The notes: generated by a model from the letters alone, not told the origin. Positions 28,817 to 43,250 are shown, counted from the stretch's first letter. The stretch is DNA of 64,000 bases from Eledone cirrhosa (GCA_964016885.1 OZ024743.1:115444001-115508000), one strand, 5' to 3'. Translations and numbers: made by a program.

Positions 28817-31800
28817 ATTGTTTCTTTATTGGCCAAAAGGGCTAACATGAAGAAAAACATTACACACGGCACGGAACAGTACACGTCGATACAAAGTGGG
28901 TTTTGGTCGTGTAAAAAGGTTATAATAAGAAGATAGAAATGTGTAAAACAAATAAAAAAAAATTCAAACAGCAAAAATTCCCCAGAAAGGGGGAAACCTC
29001 CGAGCGTCACTCGTGGCGAAACCCACACAAAAGACCACTGCCAGCTTAACCACCAAGGCAAGCACATCTGTCAGTTTTCCCACTCCTCAGTCTACAGGCG
29101 CATACTCATAGCGGGCCCGTTCACTCGGACCAGACTCACTAATTTCACCCACCTTTCAACAAACTTACTAGAAGACAGCACTTGTCTCCCCACCCTGATT
29201 TTCCTGTTCAAGTGAAACTTGAAAAAGTTAATCAGGGATTGGCTGGAAAAGGAATTGTCCGTCTTCAACCCTTTCAACCTTGTTCACCACAGAATCTCTT
29301 TCGCCACGGCTACCAACCAGATGAAAACTGCCTGCCCTTCCTCCGCTTTGAAGGAGGATGGCGGGGTTATCTGCACATTGGACTGAGTCCATAACCTGTT
29401 CCGTCCTACACGCAACAGCAACTGTTCGACATAGCTCCACAAGTCAGCAATTCTCGAGCACTGAATGAGTGTGCGCAGGACAGTTTCGTCGTCCTGCGCG
29501 CATCTCGAACAGTCTCGATTGACAGCACCTCCGTACCTGTAGAGTTTGTCCCGAAACGGCAACGCTCCCCGATAGCACTGCCAGGCCAGTGATTTCTGGA
29601 AGTTGTCCATAGGCCTGGGCTGAAAGTTCTTTTGAAGAGAGCGAGCAGCTGATCGTCTTCGACGCCCAGGGTCTCCCCATTAACGTCGTCGCGCTTCCCC
29701 TCCACTAGCCCTCTATAGAAAGCCGAGGTGGTGTTCCAGCTGGTAGAGGTTGGTGAGCGCTTGGAGACATGCCAGCTTCCAAGCGCTATCCCTCAATCTT
29801 TTCCTGACCCTGGACTGCAGCTCCCTCAAGGAGAAGCTGGAGCAAAGCGCGTCTGGCAAACAGTGACAACACCTGTTCAGCGTCAAGGAAACAGTAGAGT
29901 TGTCGCAGCCTCAGCGCATGTTTGCCTATCATCAGCCACGGAATGCCCAGTCCTCCACGCAACGGGTGCCTACAGCAGGTGGATCGTATGAACATGGGGG
30001 AACGTCCCTTCCATAAAAAGCGGAAGAGGAGGCGCTCCATTTCGGTCAGAGAAAGGCGGTGGCAAGGCACGACGGTCAGGCAGTAGCAGATGACGGACGC
30101 GATGTACACATTCGCCAGCTCCACCCGACCATTCAGTGACAGCCTCCTCTCGGCCCATTTCTGGGTGAGAGAGGCCACCATGCTCGTCATCTCGCTCCAG
30201 TGTTTGTCCCTCTGGATGTCTGGACCGAACCAATCCCAGAGAAATTTAACTGGTCTTCCATCGAGTGCCCCACAACGCTTTCGCACGGCATGCACTTTCC
30301 TCTGCAGGTGCCGAGTTGCAAGCCCACCGATTTTTCCTGGTTTATCTTTGCTCCTGTCACCGCTTCGTATTCCTTGACAGCAGTGCCGAGCATCTGGACG
30401 TGTTTAGTGCTCGACACCACCAGGGTGACGTAGTCAGTCTAAGCTGACACGGTTCCCCCGCATCCCAATTCGTGTGGGACCCCCCTCATAATTTCCAATT
30501 CGTGCAGTGACGGCTCGAGGGCCAATACGTACAGGATGGATGAGAGGGGACAGCCCTGGCGGACCGAGTGCATGATGCTGAACAGTTGTGACAGGTGACC
30601 ATTCACCCTCATAATCGAACAGATATCGCTGTGCATCGCAGCGATCCAGCCCGTAAGAACGGTCCCGAATTCAGCCGCCTAAAGGACCGCAGCCAGGTAC
30701 CGATTGTCCACCCTATCAAATGCTTTAGATTGATCTAACATGATCAGGGCCCCACCCATGCCAGGTTCCTTAACCACACTCTCTACGATGTATCGCATGA
30801 GATGGAGGTTGTCCTGGATGGATCTGTCCGGAATGGTGCATGTCTGCGCCTCTCCCACCAGATCACTGACGACAAGCGCCAATCTTTTTGCAAACACTTT
30901 CGAGAAAATCTTGAACTCTGCGTTTAGCAGAAGTTGTCTATAACGACTCCCTTGTTCGGATCTTTTCTTAGCAGCGCCACCGCTCCCCGGCTCATAAAAC
31001 TGGGAATGTTGCCGTTCGGCTGCCAGTTGCAGTAGACGTCTGCCAAGAGGTCTACGAACAAGACTGGCATGTACGCATAAAGCTCGTAGGGCCAACTATC
31101 CAAACCTGCCGATTTGCTCCTCGTGCTGCCAGACATCGTTTCCCTAATTTCACCTGCTGTTATCGGCCTTTCGCAGCACTGTGCTGCGGTCGGCGAGGGC
31201 CGTAGCAGTTGGTCGAGGTATTCACCAAAGTTCATACTCCGATCCGGCTCGCCGCCGCTCCCGAACAATTGAGCAAAGTGTCGTTGAGAAGCCGCACTCA
31301 TTCGTTCGGGTTAGAGCAAAATGCACCCGTTTTGATCAGGAAAAGAATTGTGTATTTGTTGCCTCGTCGCACCTCCACCACCCGTCCTCTTGTGTCTCAG
31401 AGCACGCGCTCTAGCTCTGACAACGCAGCCTTCATGCTTTGCGTTGAAGAATTGGTTGAGTGCCAATCTCGCCGCAAGAACGTCGGTTGCGATGCCTGTC
31501 CTAAACGCCTCTTCTAGATTTTTAACTGACTCTCCCTGTAATCTATTTTCCTCTATCACTACTCCTTTGCTAAACCTTATCGATTCCACTCTAATAGCCT
31601 TTTTCAGGGTAAACGACCACCTGTTGACGATCGCATCCGTCAACGCACGCTTAACTAACTCGCTAATCCGGTCTCCGTAAGCTTTGCGCGCCGGAAACCA
31701 CGCGTACAGCTTCCAATAGCCGAGCCCTTGCATATGGAGTCTATCTAAGTCAAATTCACAGATCACAAATTTGTGGTCCGAGTAGTCGACTACTTTACAT

Positions 31801-32747
31801 TGTGGACAACCTACACTAGCCTTATCTGTTTCCCTATAAAATGCCCTATCTAAATACGATCTGGATGACCCGATGCTGTTTCTCATGTCCACATTGGCAC
31901 ATTCGGATAATCCAGTCTATACCTGTCAGAAAGTTCAAAATGTCTGAGCAGGTTGTTGAGGCTTTTACACCTTCCTCCCTTGTCTACTAGCCCCACATAA
32001 TCCCAGCGTGCATCTAAGATACCGTTCCAGTCGCCCACTAACACTAAAGTGCGGGACGTTCCAAGAAAGGTCTCTAGACGGCTGAAGAAATCCGGCCGTC
32101 CTCCCCATGTTGGAGCGTAGACGGATACTAGTCTGAAAGCATTGCCTTCGTTGCAGGTGACGTCCAGCACCACTGACTTACCTTCTGGGTCCACGAAGAT
32201 GGCCCGTATGGCTAGATCCAAGCCTCTCCGAAAAAGCACAGCAACTCCTCCCCCCGCTCCCGGATGGCTGGGAGATGCGTATACATATTAGCCGCCGAAG
32301 ATCGGTGCGAAGGCTCGTGCTTCGGAGATTCTGGTCTCGCCGATGGCCACCACATCTGTCTTAATGACCTGAGGTCATTGAGCAGGTGACCCTGCTTCCA
32401 AGATGATCCCAGGCCACGTACATTTACACTGCCTATTCTGAGTACGGCCATGCTGGATGAGGAACGGGATAAGTGATCGTGTGGGGAAGGGACAGTAGAA
32501 CCGTCCCTTCTGCTGGTCATGGGTGTCTCCATGATGATATCTGTATAGATTCTTTTGGAGAGTGCCCCTATGAAATCCCCAATGCAGTTGGATTTTTTTC
32601 TTTTTTAAAATGTTTATAATCTTCGAGTTTAAATTCGACAATGTTACTATTCTTTGATAATGTTCTTGGTGTTGGTGGTGTGTGGTGATTTGTCTGGAAT
32701 GTCTGTGTGTTGTTTTTTATATGTTCCACTGATCATTTGTGTGCGAC

Positions 32748-32748
<1 letters not shown>
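28817..32748 (-). mobile_element. Tx1/L1-clade LINE copy 1 (decayed ORF2, 5'-truncated within ORF1)
   Basis: APE (IGSVNVRGL, VYAP, GDWN, YLDR, SDH), RT (LDQSKAFDRVD, VRQGCPLS) and C-terminal CSRC...LIQC, with many frameshifts. ORF2 spans ~32451-29092. Confidence 0.92.
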
Positions 32749-32792
<44 letters not shown>

Positions 32793-32794
<2 letters not shown>

Positions 32795-32979
32795 TGTTTC
32801 TACTTTAGGTACAAGGCCAGCAATTATCCAGTGCATTACTGGTACTTTATTTTATCGATCCCGTAAGAATGAAAGGCAAAGTCAACTTCGGCGGGATTTG
32901 AACTCAGATCGTAAAGGGACGTAACTATGCTGGAAAGCATGGCGTCCGACCCTCTACCGATACTGCCAATCCACCGCCC
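32793..32979 (-). mobile_element. Young tRNA-SINE (family 2) inserted in (TAA)n
   Basis: Near-identical reverse complement of 63299-63482; (taa)n on both sides. Confidence 0.88.
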
Positions 32980-33022
<43 letters not shown>

Positions 33023-33268
33023 TTTCTTTATTAACCACAAGGGTTTACATAAAGTAGACATTAAGGACAGTGCAGGACAATGCAGGACGGTACAAATGGG
33101 CATTTCTGCGTGTACAAAACAAAAACAGAGGATGTAACAAAAATAACAATGAAAAATTCCCCAATAGGGGGAGACTTCGGAGGGACATTTGTGGAGAAAG
33201 CCCAGTAAAAAGCCACAATGACCCTGACCACCAAGGCAAGTGCCCTCTCCCAGTTTTCCACCTTTAAT

Positions 33269-36200
33269 TTACAGATATATGCTCAGAGTAGGCCCATTCA
33301 CTCGGGCCATTCTTGCTTCTCTCACCCATCTTTCAACAAAATGCTGGGAAGAGAGCACTTCCCTCTCTACTCTGATTTTCCTTTTCAAATGAAATTTGAA
33401 AAAGTCAATCAGAGCATCACCGAAGAGGTAAGTGTTCGTCTTCAGCCCTTTCAAACGTGTCCACCATACTATCTCTTTCGCCATGGCCACCAGGCAGATA
33501 AAAACTGCCTGCCCTTCCCGGCTAGAGGAGGAGGGCGGTGCAATCCTCACGATGGACTCAGATGATAGCCGGATCCGTCCTAAACGCGACAGCAGGTGTT
33601 CGACATAAACCCACAAGTCAGCAATTTTCGGACACTGGACGAGTGCGTGCAGGACGGTTTCGTCGCCCTGCGCGCATCTCGGACATGCCCGGCTGACGGC
33701 ACCTCCATGCCTGTAGAGTTTATCCCGAACTGGCAAGGCTCCTCGGTAGCACTGCCAGGCCAGAGATTTCTGGAAGTTGTCCATAGGCCCTGGCCCGAAA
33801 GTTCTTCCGAAGATATTGGCTAGTTGATTTTCGTCGACGCCTAGAGTTTCCCCAAGTACGTCGTCGCTCTTCCCCTCCACTAATCCTCTATAGAACGTCG
33901 AGGTGGAGTTTCCACCGATCACATTGCCCGATTGGTCGAGGGCTGTGAGCGCCTGAAGACATTCCAGTCTCCAGGCGCTCCCTCTCGGTCTTCGCTTGAC
34001 CCAGGACTGCAGCTCCGTCAAGGAAACGAGCTGGGGAAATACGCGCCTAGCAAACGGCGACCACACCTGATCACCGTCGAGGAAGAGGTAGAGATGTCGT
34101 AGCCTGAGCGCGTGCCTGCGCATCATCAGCCACGGCATGCCCAGCCCTCCACGTAGCGGGTGTTGACAACAGATGGACCGCCTGACCATCGGAGCACGTC
34201 CCTTCCACAAAAAGCGAAAGAGCAAACGCTCCAGCGCAGTCAGGCGAGGCTTAGGACAAGGTACGACGGTCAGGTGGTAGCAGATGACAGACGCGATGTA
34301 CGCGTTAGCCACCTCCGCTCGACCTTTCAGGGATAGCTTCCTCTCCGCCCATTTCTGGGTGAGAGAAGCCACCCTGCTCGTCACCTCGTCCCAGTTTTTG
34401 TCCGTCTGGAGGTCCGGACCGAACCAGACCCCTAGCAATTTAACCGGTCCGTCCGTCCAGCGTCCGACGACGCTGTTGGACGGCATGGACCTGCCTCTCC
34501 AGGTGCCGAGCTGCAGGCCCACTGACTTTTCCTGTTTGATCATTGCTCCTGTCACCGCTTCGTATTCTCTTAGTGTAGTGCCGATCGCCTCGATGTGTTT
34601 GGCGTTCGACACCACTACGGTGACATCGTCCGCATATGCTGACACGGATCTTCCGCATCCTAGTTCGCGCGGGACTCCCCTCAACGTCTCCAGTTTGTGC
34701 AGTAATGGTTCGAGAGTCAATACGTACAAGAGGGACGAGAGGGGACATCCTTGGCGGACCGAGCGCATGATGTTGAACGGTTCCGACAGGTGACCGTTCA
34801 CTCTCACCACATAGCAGATGTCGCTGTGCATGGCAGCGATCCAGCCTCTGAAGACGGGCCCAAAGCCAGCCGCCCTCAGGACTGCCACTAGGTAACGATG
34901 GTCGACCCTATCGAAAGCTTTCGACTGATCTAAATTGATCAAGGACCCACCCGTGCCAGGTTCCCTAGCTACCCTCTCTACGATGTATCGCATGAGGTGG
35001 AGGTTGTCGTGGATGGATCTGTCGGGAATGGCGCATGTCTGCGCCTCTCCCACCAGACCACCAACGACAAGCGCCAACCTCTTTGCTAGCACCTTGGCCA
35101 AAATCTTAAACTCTGTGTTTAGCAGAGTTATGGGCCGGAAATTTTCTATGTTATCCCCCTTGTTCGGATCCTTTCTCAGCAGTGCCACCGCTCCTCGGCT
35201 CACAGAACTGGGAATTCTCCCGTGTTCTGTTGCCAGTTGCAGTAGACGTCCGCCAAGAGGCCTCCGAACAAGTCTGGCATCTGTACGTAAAGTTCATAGG
35301 GTAGACCATCCAAACCAGGCGATTTACCCCTTGTGCAGCCAGTCATTGCCTCCCTTACTTCAGCGGCTGTTATCGGCTTATCGCAACACTTCGCCTCAGT
35401 GGCCGAGAGCCGCGGCAGTCCGTCGAGGTAGACACTAAAGTCCATCCCTCTACCCGGCCCACCGCTGCCCCCGAACAGCTGAGCGAAGTGTCGCTGAAAA
35501 GCTTCACACATTTGCCCGGGATCGAGTAGCATGCGCCCGTCGTGGTCCACCAAAGACCGGATCGTGGCTTTGTTGCCACGACGCGCCTCCGCCACTCGGG
35601 CCCATTGAACGGCTTTCGTCCCCTCGTGTCTGAGAGCACGCACCCTTGCTCTGACAACGCAGCTTTCGTGCTTTGCATTGAAGAATTGGTCAAGGGCCAA
35701 TTTCGCCGCAAGCACGTCGGTCGCAATGCCTTTGCTAAGCGCCTCGTCTAATTTTCTAACTAGTTCTCCCTCTGCTCTATTTTTCTCTATTGCTAAAGCC
35801 TTACTAAACCTAATCGATTCTATTATAATCGCTCTTTTCAGAGCAAACCACCACTTGTTGTTGACGATGGCCCCCGTCAAGTACGCTTAACTAGTTCGCT
35901 AATCCGGTCTCTGTAGGCTTTGCGCGCTGGTAAGGACGCGTTTAGCTTCCAGTAGCCGGGTCCTCGTCTATGAAGCCTATCTAAGTCAAGCACACAGATC
36001 ACGAATTTGTGGTCCGTGTAGCTGACTATCTTGAATTGTGGACAGCCTATGCTAGACCTATCTATTTCTCTACAAAATACTCTATCTAGATATGATCTGG
36101 ATGACCCTATGCGGTTTGTCCAAGTCCACATTGGCACATACGGGAAATCCAATCGGTACCTGTCAGACAGTTCAAAACGCCTGAGCAGGTTGGTGAGGCT

Positions 36201-36688
36201 CTTGCACCCTCCACCCCTATCCGCTAATCCCACACAGTCCCAGCGTGCATCTAAGATCCCGTTCCAGTCGCCCACTAACACTAAAAAGCGGGACGTTCCA
36301 AGAAAGGTCTCCAGACGCCGGAAGAAATCAGGCCGCCCTGCTCCTGTCGGGGCATAGACGGCCACTAGCCTGAAAGCTTGCCCGTCTCCGCTGGTCACGT
36401 CCAGCACCACCAGCTTACCCTCTGGGTCCAGAAAGATGGCCCGTATGGCGAGATCCAAACCTCTCCGAAAAAGCACAGCAACTCCTCCACCGGATCCAGG
36501 ACGGCTGGGAGATGCGTACACATCGTAGCTGCCGAAGATCGGTGCGAAGGCCCGTGCTTCGGAGATTCTGGCTCGCTGATGGCCACTACATCTATGTTTA
36601 GTGACCTGAGGTCGTTGAGCAGGTGACCCTGCTTCCATGACGACCCCAAGCCACGCGCATTTATGCTGCCTATTCTGAGTGAGGTCAT
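33269..36688 (-). pseudogene. Tx1 ORF2 (APE-RT-zinc finger) with three single frameshifts
   Basis: MTSLRIGSINARGL...GDWN...TDH; FRPITLLN, DQSKAFDRVDH, VRQGCPLS, AYADD; CPRC..ETVLHALVQC. Frame changes at about 36575, 35880 and 35220. Confidence 0.92.
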
Positions 36689-36723
36689 GTTTAAAATAGA
36701 GTGGAAAAGATGGGAAAGACCAC

Positions 36724-38822
36724 TTACCGTACTTTTGGTAGAGGAGGGATGGTTTTTACATCCCTTTTCACTTGATCGTCTGGTGAAGGGACCGTTGAAT
36801 CGTCCCTTCGGCTGGTCGTCGGCTCTTCTAAGAGAATGTCTGAGTATACTCTTCGATTGATGGTTCCTCCTAGGTCCCTGAAATCACCAACTGCGTTGGG
36901 GAATTTCGTTTTAATATTTGTGTATTGTTTCTGTGCTATTTTTAGCAGTCTTATGTTAGTTGGCGTTTTGATTGGTGCTGGTATTATGTAGTCCTGTTGT
37001 GAAATGTCTGTGTGTTCAATTATGTAAGTCATTAGTTTCTTGTGTGTATTTATTGCCGTGCATTTGTTTTTCTGGGGGTGGGGTGTGGTTCTGCTATTTT
37101 CTTGTCGTTGTTGCTGGGTGTGTGTGTTTTGTTGTTGTGTTTGCGATGTTGGTGCTTGTGGTGGTGGTGTTGAAGGTGTTGTTGGCGGTGGGGTTGTCGC
37201 CGGTGGTGATGGTGGTGCTAGTGTGGGTGGTGATGGTGTTGGTGTTGTTGCTGCTGTGGGTCTCTTTGCAGTAGACTTTACCCTTTTCTCATTTCTTTCC
37301 TCCCTTTTCAAAGGCGACGATGCGCTGCTTCTGCGTTTGTGCCTTCTTACGACCTTTTGCCATCCCTCTCCCACCTCACACTCCATGTCTGATTCTGTGA
37401 GGTCAGGGAGGGGTACCAGCTCCACTCTTTCACTTGTTGTTTTTGGTGATGTTTGCACTGGAGTCTCTGTTGCAGCTGCATTTGGTATTGTTGTTGTTGT
37501 TGTTAGTATTTCCACTGCTGCTGCTGTTTTTGATTTCCGTGGAGTGGGTATGGGTGCCACGGACCTATCGTTCCTGGTTGCCGCTTGTCCTGTTGCTGGT
37601 AGCCGTGGAGCCGGATTCGGAAGGAGGGGGATTTTCTCCTTTCTGGGGGTCTTCTCGTTGCAGAAGGCCCTGAGGTGAGTCTTCGATCCACAGCGAAAGC
37701 ATTTTGGGCGTTTGCCCTCAACACTTATGGGCAGTTGAGTGCCGTTATCGAAGTCTATCACATCCAGGATAGCTTCGATGCACTCCTGGTTGGTTTGGAT
37801 TAGCATCTCAATGGAGGAGCCGACCCAATCTTCTCTTACTTTTTTCTGTACTTGCAGTACAGTTGTTTTGTCCTCGATTCCGACGAGGACAGACGCGGCC
37901 AGCCAAGAAGGGGTCATTCCGGGGGGGGGGGGACGTGGGTCAGTTTGACCCTCACAATTTTTTGCCCACAGTAGGAGGGCACCAACACCATTTCCTCGCT
38001 CCTTAGGGTCACTACTGATTGGGCCTTTGCCTCCTGGGGTGTGGCAAAAAGTACGTCTACGGTGGCATATTTTTTGCCTCGGGTGATGTGCGTTTTCCGC
38101 TGCCACACAGACCCCAAGGCTTTTTGTATTTGGGCCTCTGTGGCTCTTTCCACCCTACGGGATTTTGTACTTACTGTACGGTACGTGACCGTACAGTGCT
38201 CTTGGGTTTCGAAACATTTTTCCGCTGCCTTGCAGATTGTTCGGTCTCCGTTCTTTGTCACCATCTTCTTCGCTTCCTCTAATTCCTCATTTGTTATGAG
38301 GATTGTTTCCAAGTTTTTCGCAATACCTGCAAATGAGATTGGTTTTTCTCTGCTGTTGTTGTTGTCGTCAGAGCTGCTGGTACTTTTGTTGTTGCTGCAG
38401 GTACTACGACTACTGCCTCCGCCGCTGTTGCTGTGGTTGTTGTTGGTGTTGCTGCTGCTAATGCTGTTGTTGTTTATGCTGCTGGTGATGCTGTTGCGGC
38501 TGCTACTGTTGTTTTCATTGTCACTGTTGCTGTTGTTATTACGGCTGCTACTGCTATTACTCCTGACGTCAGACGAATGAACTGGGTTTTCGTATTTCCC
38601 GCACACCTGTTTCGTCGCTGTCGTCATCGTCGTGGAGAAACCTTGCACGCTTTGCACGAGACTTTTCTTTTCTTTCGTCACTTGCGAAAGAGAAGGGAGT
38701 GAGAGAGACACATTTAAAGAAGGGAGGGAGAGAGACAATCTTCTCTCTGCTGTAGTGATGATTGAGGAAGAAGAAGACGGAATGAGTGGGAGTGACGTAT
38801 GAAATTTCTTTTTCGTAGCCAT
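36724..38822 (-). pseudogene. Tx1 ORF1 (Ser/Asn-rich N-terminus, CCHC knuckle, Pro/Thr-rich C-terminus), one frameshift in a G12 run
   Basis: ORFs 37914-38822 and 36724-38106 join at the homopolymer 37921-37932; zinc knuckle CFRCGSKTHLRAFC. Confidence 0.85.
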
Positions 38823-39097
38823 GTTGTTTTTTTGTTTAAAATGAAATTTTGGGTACCAAACCCCAATAACTGGTTATTTAACCCCGAAGGGCCAAATAAC
38901 GGACAGAAAGACCCCTCTCACGAGGAGGAGGGTGTCTTTATCAACAATTTGGTTCAAGTTTTTAACAATTTACAATTGTTTTAACGGTTAAAAATTACTA
39001 TACCTTACAGAGCCGAGCCTCCGTCAACCATGGCATTCAATAATAATAATAATAATAATAATAAACAAGAGATAGTTACTTAATATCATCTCTATTT

Positions 39098-39171
39098 ATT
39101 TCATTATATATATTTCGAAGATGCAAGGCTTATGTATAACATAATCCAAACATGTACTCGTCAGATAAAAT
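39098..39171 (-). ncRNA. Type I hammerhead ribozyme, inverted upstream of a PLE fragment
   Basis: Reverse complement reads attttat-CTGACGA-g tac atg ttt gg a ttatgt tat acataa g cc ttg cat ctt c-GAAA-tatata-TA-atgaaat. Confidence 0.82.
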
Positions 39172-39469
39172 GCATAGGAGATCGAGATATCGGTGACAAG
39201 CAGGCGCATGATTAGTAAAAAAAAAAACCACCACTGTGAATGTTACGTGATTGTGAGAAAAAACAGTTGGACTTAACGTTTTTTATATTTAAAATATGAC
39301 GTAGATATTATACTAAAATATGTAAATATATAAATTTTATACCAAAGAAAAATTTTTGAGGATGGAATAACAATATTGAAACTAAATAATGAAGAAGAAA
39401 AATTAGGTTTATAAAATTTAAAAAAATTATATTGGTATTACATGAGTGGAAAGTTATTAAAAAATGTGT

Positions 39470-40180
39470 ATGACTGCTTCATCCCCTGGCATGAAAGTAT
39501 AGATAGACTGATTGAGTTTAACACCCTTCTAAATGGACTCGACACAAACTTACAATTTACAATGGATTACAGCCATGAACAACTCCCTTTCCTGGACATT
39601 CTCATCAAGAAAAACAAACAACAAAATAGAAACACACATATACTACAAACCCACAGTCTCCAAACAATATTTTCAATTCAACTCGTGCCACACTCGCCAT
39701 ACCAAAATGGCAATTCCTTATAACCTAGCCAGAAGGATCTGCACAATAGTTTCTGATAAATACAATTGCTACACACGACTAGAAGAATTAAAGAACACAC
39801 TTATCAGAAGAAACTACCCAACATCCCTAATCAACAATGGACCCATGGTGCTCTAAATCTCAACATCCAGGAACTCCAACACCCCAAACCCATGAATCAA
39901 CCGCAACAGAAAACTCTACATTACATCTCCACACACAACTCCCTCAACAATGAGACATTCAACACCATCCTCCAGAACATTCCTTTAATAAAAAGAGACC
40001 CAAGAATGAACAAAATCGTCCAAACACACATCATAAAGAGCAAAAGACAAAATCCATAAAAAATATCCTCACACAAGCCAAAATCCAACCAACCCTCACA
40101 ATGAACCCTACAGTAAAAAAATGTGGAAGGCCCAACTGTGGCATATGCATAAATCTAATAGAAGGTTTAACATTCCCCAC
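39470..40180 (+). pseudogene. Neptune-like PLE fragment (RT C-terminus to Zn-finger linker)
   Basis: DCFIPWHES...LQFTMDYSHEQLPFLDILIKK, YYKPT, FNSCHTRH, IPYNLARRIC, CGRPNCGIC; homologous to 16870-17590. Confidence 0.88.
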
Positions 40181-40955
40181 GAGCTCATTAATAGTAGAGC
40201 TAAGCCGGTAATAAATTGCAAACACAGGATAAAACACTCGTTCTACAAATGGTCTCTAGACCAAGTATAACCTCCAATCACCACAGCTATCAACATCACA
40301 CCACCATTAAGTCCTTCCTACAATAGTTAGGCCTAAATACACCATTTAATTAACCAGCCACCTTACTTTTGCCTAAGCACTGCTCATCACCTACTGAGTT
40401 AGAACCACCCTGCTAAACCATCCCTTTAGCTGGGATATACAACATTTGTATATCCCATTTGTATATATTTTATGAATTTACACCGTGCAGTTGCCTCCCT
40501 TTGGTGATTATGCCCCTTTCACTGACGCCATTAATATTTTCGCCTACCATGCACGCTGACGTAAATCTAATGGGAAAATCTTCAACCTGCTCTAACGCTA
40601 TTTATATTTATTGCTGATATTATTTTAACAAACATTTCTCTGTAGTGCCCATGAAGGTAAAACATTATGTAAGATGTATATAAAGAACTTGTTTTAACGG
40701 CTTGTAACTCCTTCATTAATTCATTTGTTTATATCTGCTCTGCTTGAAAAATCTACTAAATATTAAATCCTCTCTAATACTTAACTCTGCTAGCCCAAGC
40801 ATTGAACACACTCCGTTTTGGGTACTGGCACTTAGTAATCTGCATCGCACTTCTCTGGATCTCTCTACCTCCTCCTCTTCTACGATACATATTCCCTATT
40901 ATATATATATATATATATATATATATCTATATATCTATATATATATATCTATATA

Positions 40956-41159
<204 letters not shown>

Positions 41160-41198
41160 ATAATTCAAGTTTGTTTTGGTTTAGTTGTGTATAAGTAT

Positions 41199-41381
41199 TT
41201 GGATTGGCAGTATCGGTAGAGGGTCGGAAGCCATGCTTTCCAGCATAGTTACGTCCCTTTACGATTTGAGTTCAAATCCCGCCGAGGTTGACTTTGCCTT
41301 TCATCTTTACGGGGTCGATAAAATAAAGTACCAGTAATGCACTGGGTAATTGCTGGCCTTGTGCCTAAAGTAGAAAAAATT
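41199..41381 (+). mobile_element. Young tRNA-SINE (family 2)
   Basis: Near-identical to 63299-63482 but missing the first few bases. Confidence 0.88.
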
Positions 41382-42359
41382 ATTAATGTTATACTTCTTA
41401 GACGTGTAAAAGAAAATATTTTCCTTACTGCAGACCGAATGATAATTCTACAATCTGAATGTCTTGTCAGTTTCTATTAATTCTATATGAGATGCTTCTT
41501 GAAACAACCCTCCAGAGATCTACAAAATTAAATTTAAATAAATGAGCCAAGGCCTTGTATCTACAATATTTTATTCTTAAATTCATATTAAGTTTGTGGT
41601 AAACATTTCTCCCACTTTGCGTGATCAAACTTTCAAATGAAGTTGTTCAAAAGTGTATTAAAAAGAAACATACAGTATACACTTGTACCGATTTATAACA
41701 GTAGATCTGACATAATATAACTTACAGTTTAAATAATATATCATATTTTATATTATCAGTGAATATGTGGAATCTAAAATTATTTTATGTAACTGAAGTT
41801 CACTGGGACACCGTCATCACTCAAAGCATGAAAGTGTCTGTGGTATACTCAGCCACATATTTTATATACCATGAAAAGATAGTTACATTCATCGAAAATA
41901 TATGACAGTCATCTTATAAACTGATCCGATATCCATTATTTATGCATCAGTCTCCTGCATTTAACATCGCTTAATATAGCTGCAAAGATAGCGCATTAGC
42001 AGAGTCGTTAAGAGTCAGAGTAATTGTCTCAGTCTTTGTTTTAATTCTCTTTTCTATGCGTTCAAATACCCACGGTGACAGGTTTGCCTTTCGATTTTAT
42101 TGATATCGTTTTTTCTCTATCGCTTTTTATCAACTCTGCTCGCCTTTACTCCACTGGAAAAAAAAAATGATCGAATTGTCAGAATATTACAGTGCAGTAA
42201 GCGACTGGCAAAATTCCACACACCAGTCGCCCACTACCGTTTTTCGCTTGACGGACGACTGCACCTCAGTCCAAGAGGCAAGCTGCAAAAAGACTTGTCT
42301 TACAAACTGTTATCTCAGACGTTTAGTACGTAGGAATATATAAAGATAGCATAGCCTCA

Positions 42360-43250
42360 GCGCATGTCTGCGCAGCACCCGAAAGGGCTTTCCCCACCCT
42401 CCGCTTAGAGGGTATTGGTAGCAGATGGAGCGCCTTACATATGGAACCTGTCCCTACCAAAGTAAGTTGAAGAGCTGGCACTCCAATTTGTCAAGTCATG
42501 AATGGAGGCAAAACGCGACCGTCAGGCGGTAATAGATGACGGACGCAATATACGCGTTTGCCACTTCCACCCAGCCTTTCAGGGATAACTTGCTCTCGGC
42601 CTATATCTTGGTGAGTGTGGCCAGCCTAACGCTACCTCATCCCAAGTTTATACACATCGAGGTCTATCACGAACCAAACCACGAGAATCTTCCACAGTCT
42701 GTCCTACTTTTCTGAGTTGATTGTTGCTCCCTTCATCCACTTATATTCTTCTACGAATCACCTCAATGTCCGATGTGTTCCATACCATCACGATGATATC
42801 GTCCTAATATATCGACGCAGCATAACAACTTCCGGATTCGAGTGGGATCGCCTACAATTGCTTCAGCTTCCGCAATAAAGACTGAATAGTCAATACGTAC
42901 ATAATGGAGTAGAGAGGTCATAATTGACGGTGGAAACGCGTGAACTAGAACGGATCTGATGTGTCGATTGACCTTAATCACTGAGCAGATGCCGCTGAAG
43001 ACGAGACCAAAACCAGTTGATTTGAATAAAGCATCCAGCTATTCACGATCAACTCAATCGAAAACTTTCGATTGATTTAAATTGATCAGAGTCCCACTGA
43101 AGCCAGGTTTATTCTCCAACCTCTATAGACTTAGTCAAGAACGTGCAACTCTGCGCCTCCCCAACCAGCCCATGGACGACAAGTGCCAACCTCATTGCCA
43201 GCACACTGGCCAGAATCTTACAATCTGTGTTTAGGAGATTTATGACAGAA
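42360..43250 (-). mobile_element. Highly decayed Tx1 RT fragment (copy 4)
   Basis: Recognisable homology to copy 2: cctttcagggataacttgctctcggcc, tttcgattgatttaaattgatcag, ctgcgcctccccaaccag, ggccagaatcttacaatctgtgtttag. Confidence 0.7.

Larger units (their letters stand above)
33021..39038 (-). mobile_element. Full-length Tx1/L1-clade LINE copy 2 (~6.0 kb) flanked by (TAA)n
   Basis: 5' UTR, ORF1, ORF2 and 3' UTR ending aataaagaaa(tta)n; (taa)n at 32981-33020 and 39039-39062. Confidence 0.95.

Noticed and set aside
37040-38702. Plus-strand Val/Gly/Leu-rich ORFs that look like membrane proteins
   Set aside because: They are antisense shadows of the low-complexity Tx1 ORF1.
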